Positions 62,838 through 64,000 of a stretch of DNA of 64,000 nucleotides are shown here, in pieces. The notes beneath the pieces were generated by a model. The model did no database searches, was not told where the DNA came from, and saw only the letters and a list, made by a program, of their open reading frames with translations. Source of the DNA: Epiperipatus broadwayi (Eukaryota > Animalia > Onychophora); the NCBI GenBank assembly GCA_028023455.1, contig JAQFVV010000005.1:21638001-21702000 (forward strand), in the 5' to 3' direction. Position 1 is the first letter of the stretch, and the number at the start of each line of letters is the position of its first letter. The translations under genes and the position numbers were made by a program.

Positions 62838-64000
62838 ACTCTATTTTTATTTTTTGTTTGTTTTTCAAAAATAACACATTTAATGAGATTTAAACAATGT
62901 ATTAATTTATGAATTTGACAACCCACTATCACGTGGAGCAGTAAATACATAGGAACAAGATATGTAAAAATTATCTCAAAATTCAATGAAGTGGCAAATC
63001 AGAAAGTCAATTTACTATCCCACTAACTTTTTTTTTTCAAGCAGTGTTAATGATATAACATTTTATAGATTGGATATGTATATCAGAAAAATAATCACTA
63101 AAGGTATTCTACCTTGACTCACACTTTCTAAGATGCTAAACCTTGCCAATAATTATACAATCATAGACTAATAGCTCCATTTGATTAGTAAATTACGAAT
63201 CAAAGATCAGTTTTGGTGATGATTTAGCTACTGGCTAATAATAGCCATTAATATACTGACTTACTTTTGCACTTTATAATAAAACAACTATTCCATATCA
63301 TGCCACAATTAAATTATTGACAAATTTCAATTAGAGGGGGGAAAATTTTTCTTCCTATTAAGAAAAATAAACTCTGTTTATCAATTTTTTTATTTATGGT
63401 TCCATGAAAAGATTCCTACAATTTAATATTCCCCCCAAAAACAAACAACTACATGAGTTTTACACCCAAACAATCCTTATTTCATGGATGATCCACTTGC
63501 CAGTGGCTTTAAATAAAGTTGACAGAAATTGGAATTACCAAAAGTACACATATAAAATTCATTATTTGAACTGTACTAAAAATTTAAATGATTAAGAAAA
63601 CTAAGGAAATTCATGGGTTTTGTAAGAAAACTTTGAAAATACAAAGATAAGATTAATATATAAAGTTACAAATACTCCAACATTAAAAAGAATGGCTGAA
63701 ACAAGATTTTATTGAAAAATCAAGAATGAGGGGGTATAATGAATTAGATATGTTCTTAAAGAATTGAAGAATAGTGACACTGAAGGGATAAAAGTAGAAA
63801 AGAAATAAAGACAAATGACAGATGTTTCTTGCAGGAAAAGATTAGTTTTAGGCAAATGAATGGTGGTAGGGAATATTATAAAATTTAAATTAATTTAAGT
63901 GTAATTATAAAAACTGAAACTGGATTAAATCTTTTCTGAAATGTTTCTTCTACCTCTTCAGTTATAGGGCAGGGTGATACTTTTATTAAGTTTATGCCAA

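Overview
AT-rich, CpG-poor eukaryotic (invertebrate, probably arthropod-like) genomic DNA with two convergent intron-containing genes. (1) On +, the 3' part of a very divergent ABCC/MRP-type ABC transporter: five phase-consistent NBD2 exons at 11592-35388, plus three tentative TMD2 exons at 2412-6061. Its NBD2 has lost the Q-loop Gln, the Walker B catalytic Glu and the H-loop His. (2) On -, the last three coding exons of flotillin-2 (62677-59830). The most striking non-coding signal is at least five sequence-unrelated short repeat families (called A, B, C, E, F here) that each carry a minimal type I hammerhead ribozyme motif: CUGANGA, a stem II hairpin, GAAA, a short helix III that is palindromic in most families, NUH, closed by stem I. 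Copies occur as fold-back or head-to-head inversions flanked by 11-14 bp target-site duplications, and as tandem units of about 333 and 455 nt. Two copies end at the predicted cleavage site. This matches Penelope-like-element pLTRs or non-LTR retrozymes; several copies lie in sense orientation inside the ABCC introns. Also present: a full-length but decayed Tigger/pogo transposon with TIRs and TA TSD, a mariner remnant, LINE/RTE fragments, three tRNA-derived SINEs and a perfect 83-bp intronic hairpin. All alignments and folds were done by eye; no database search or folding program was run.
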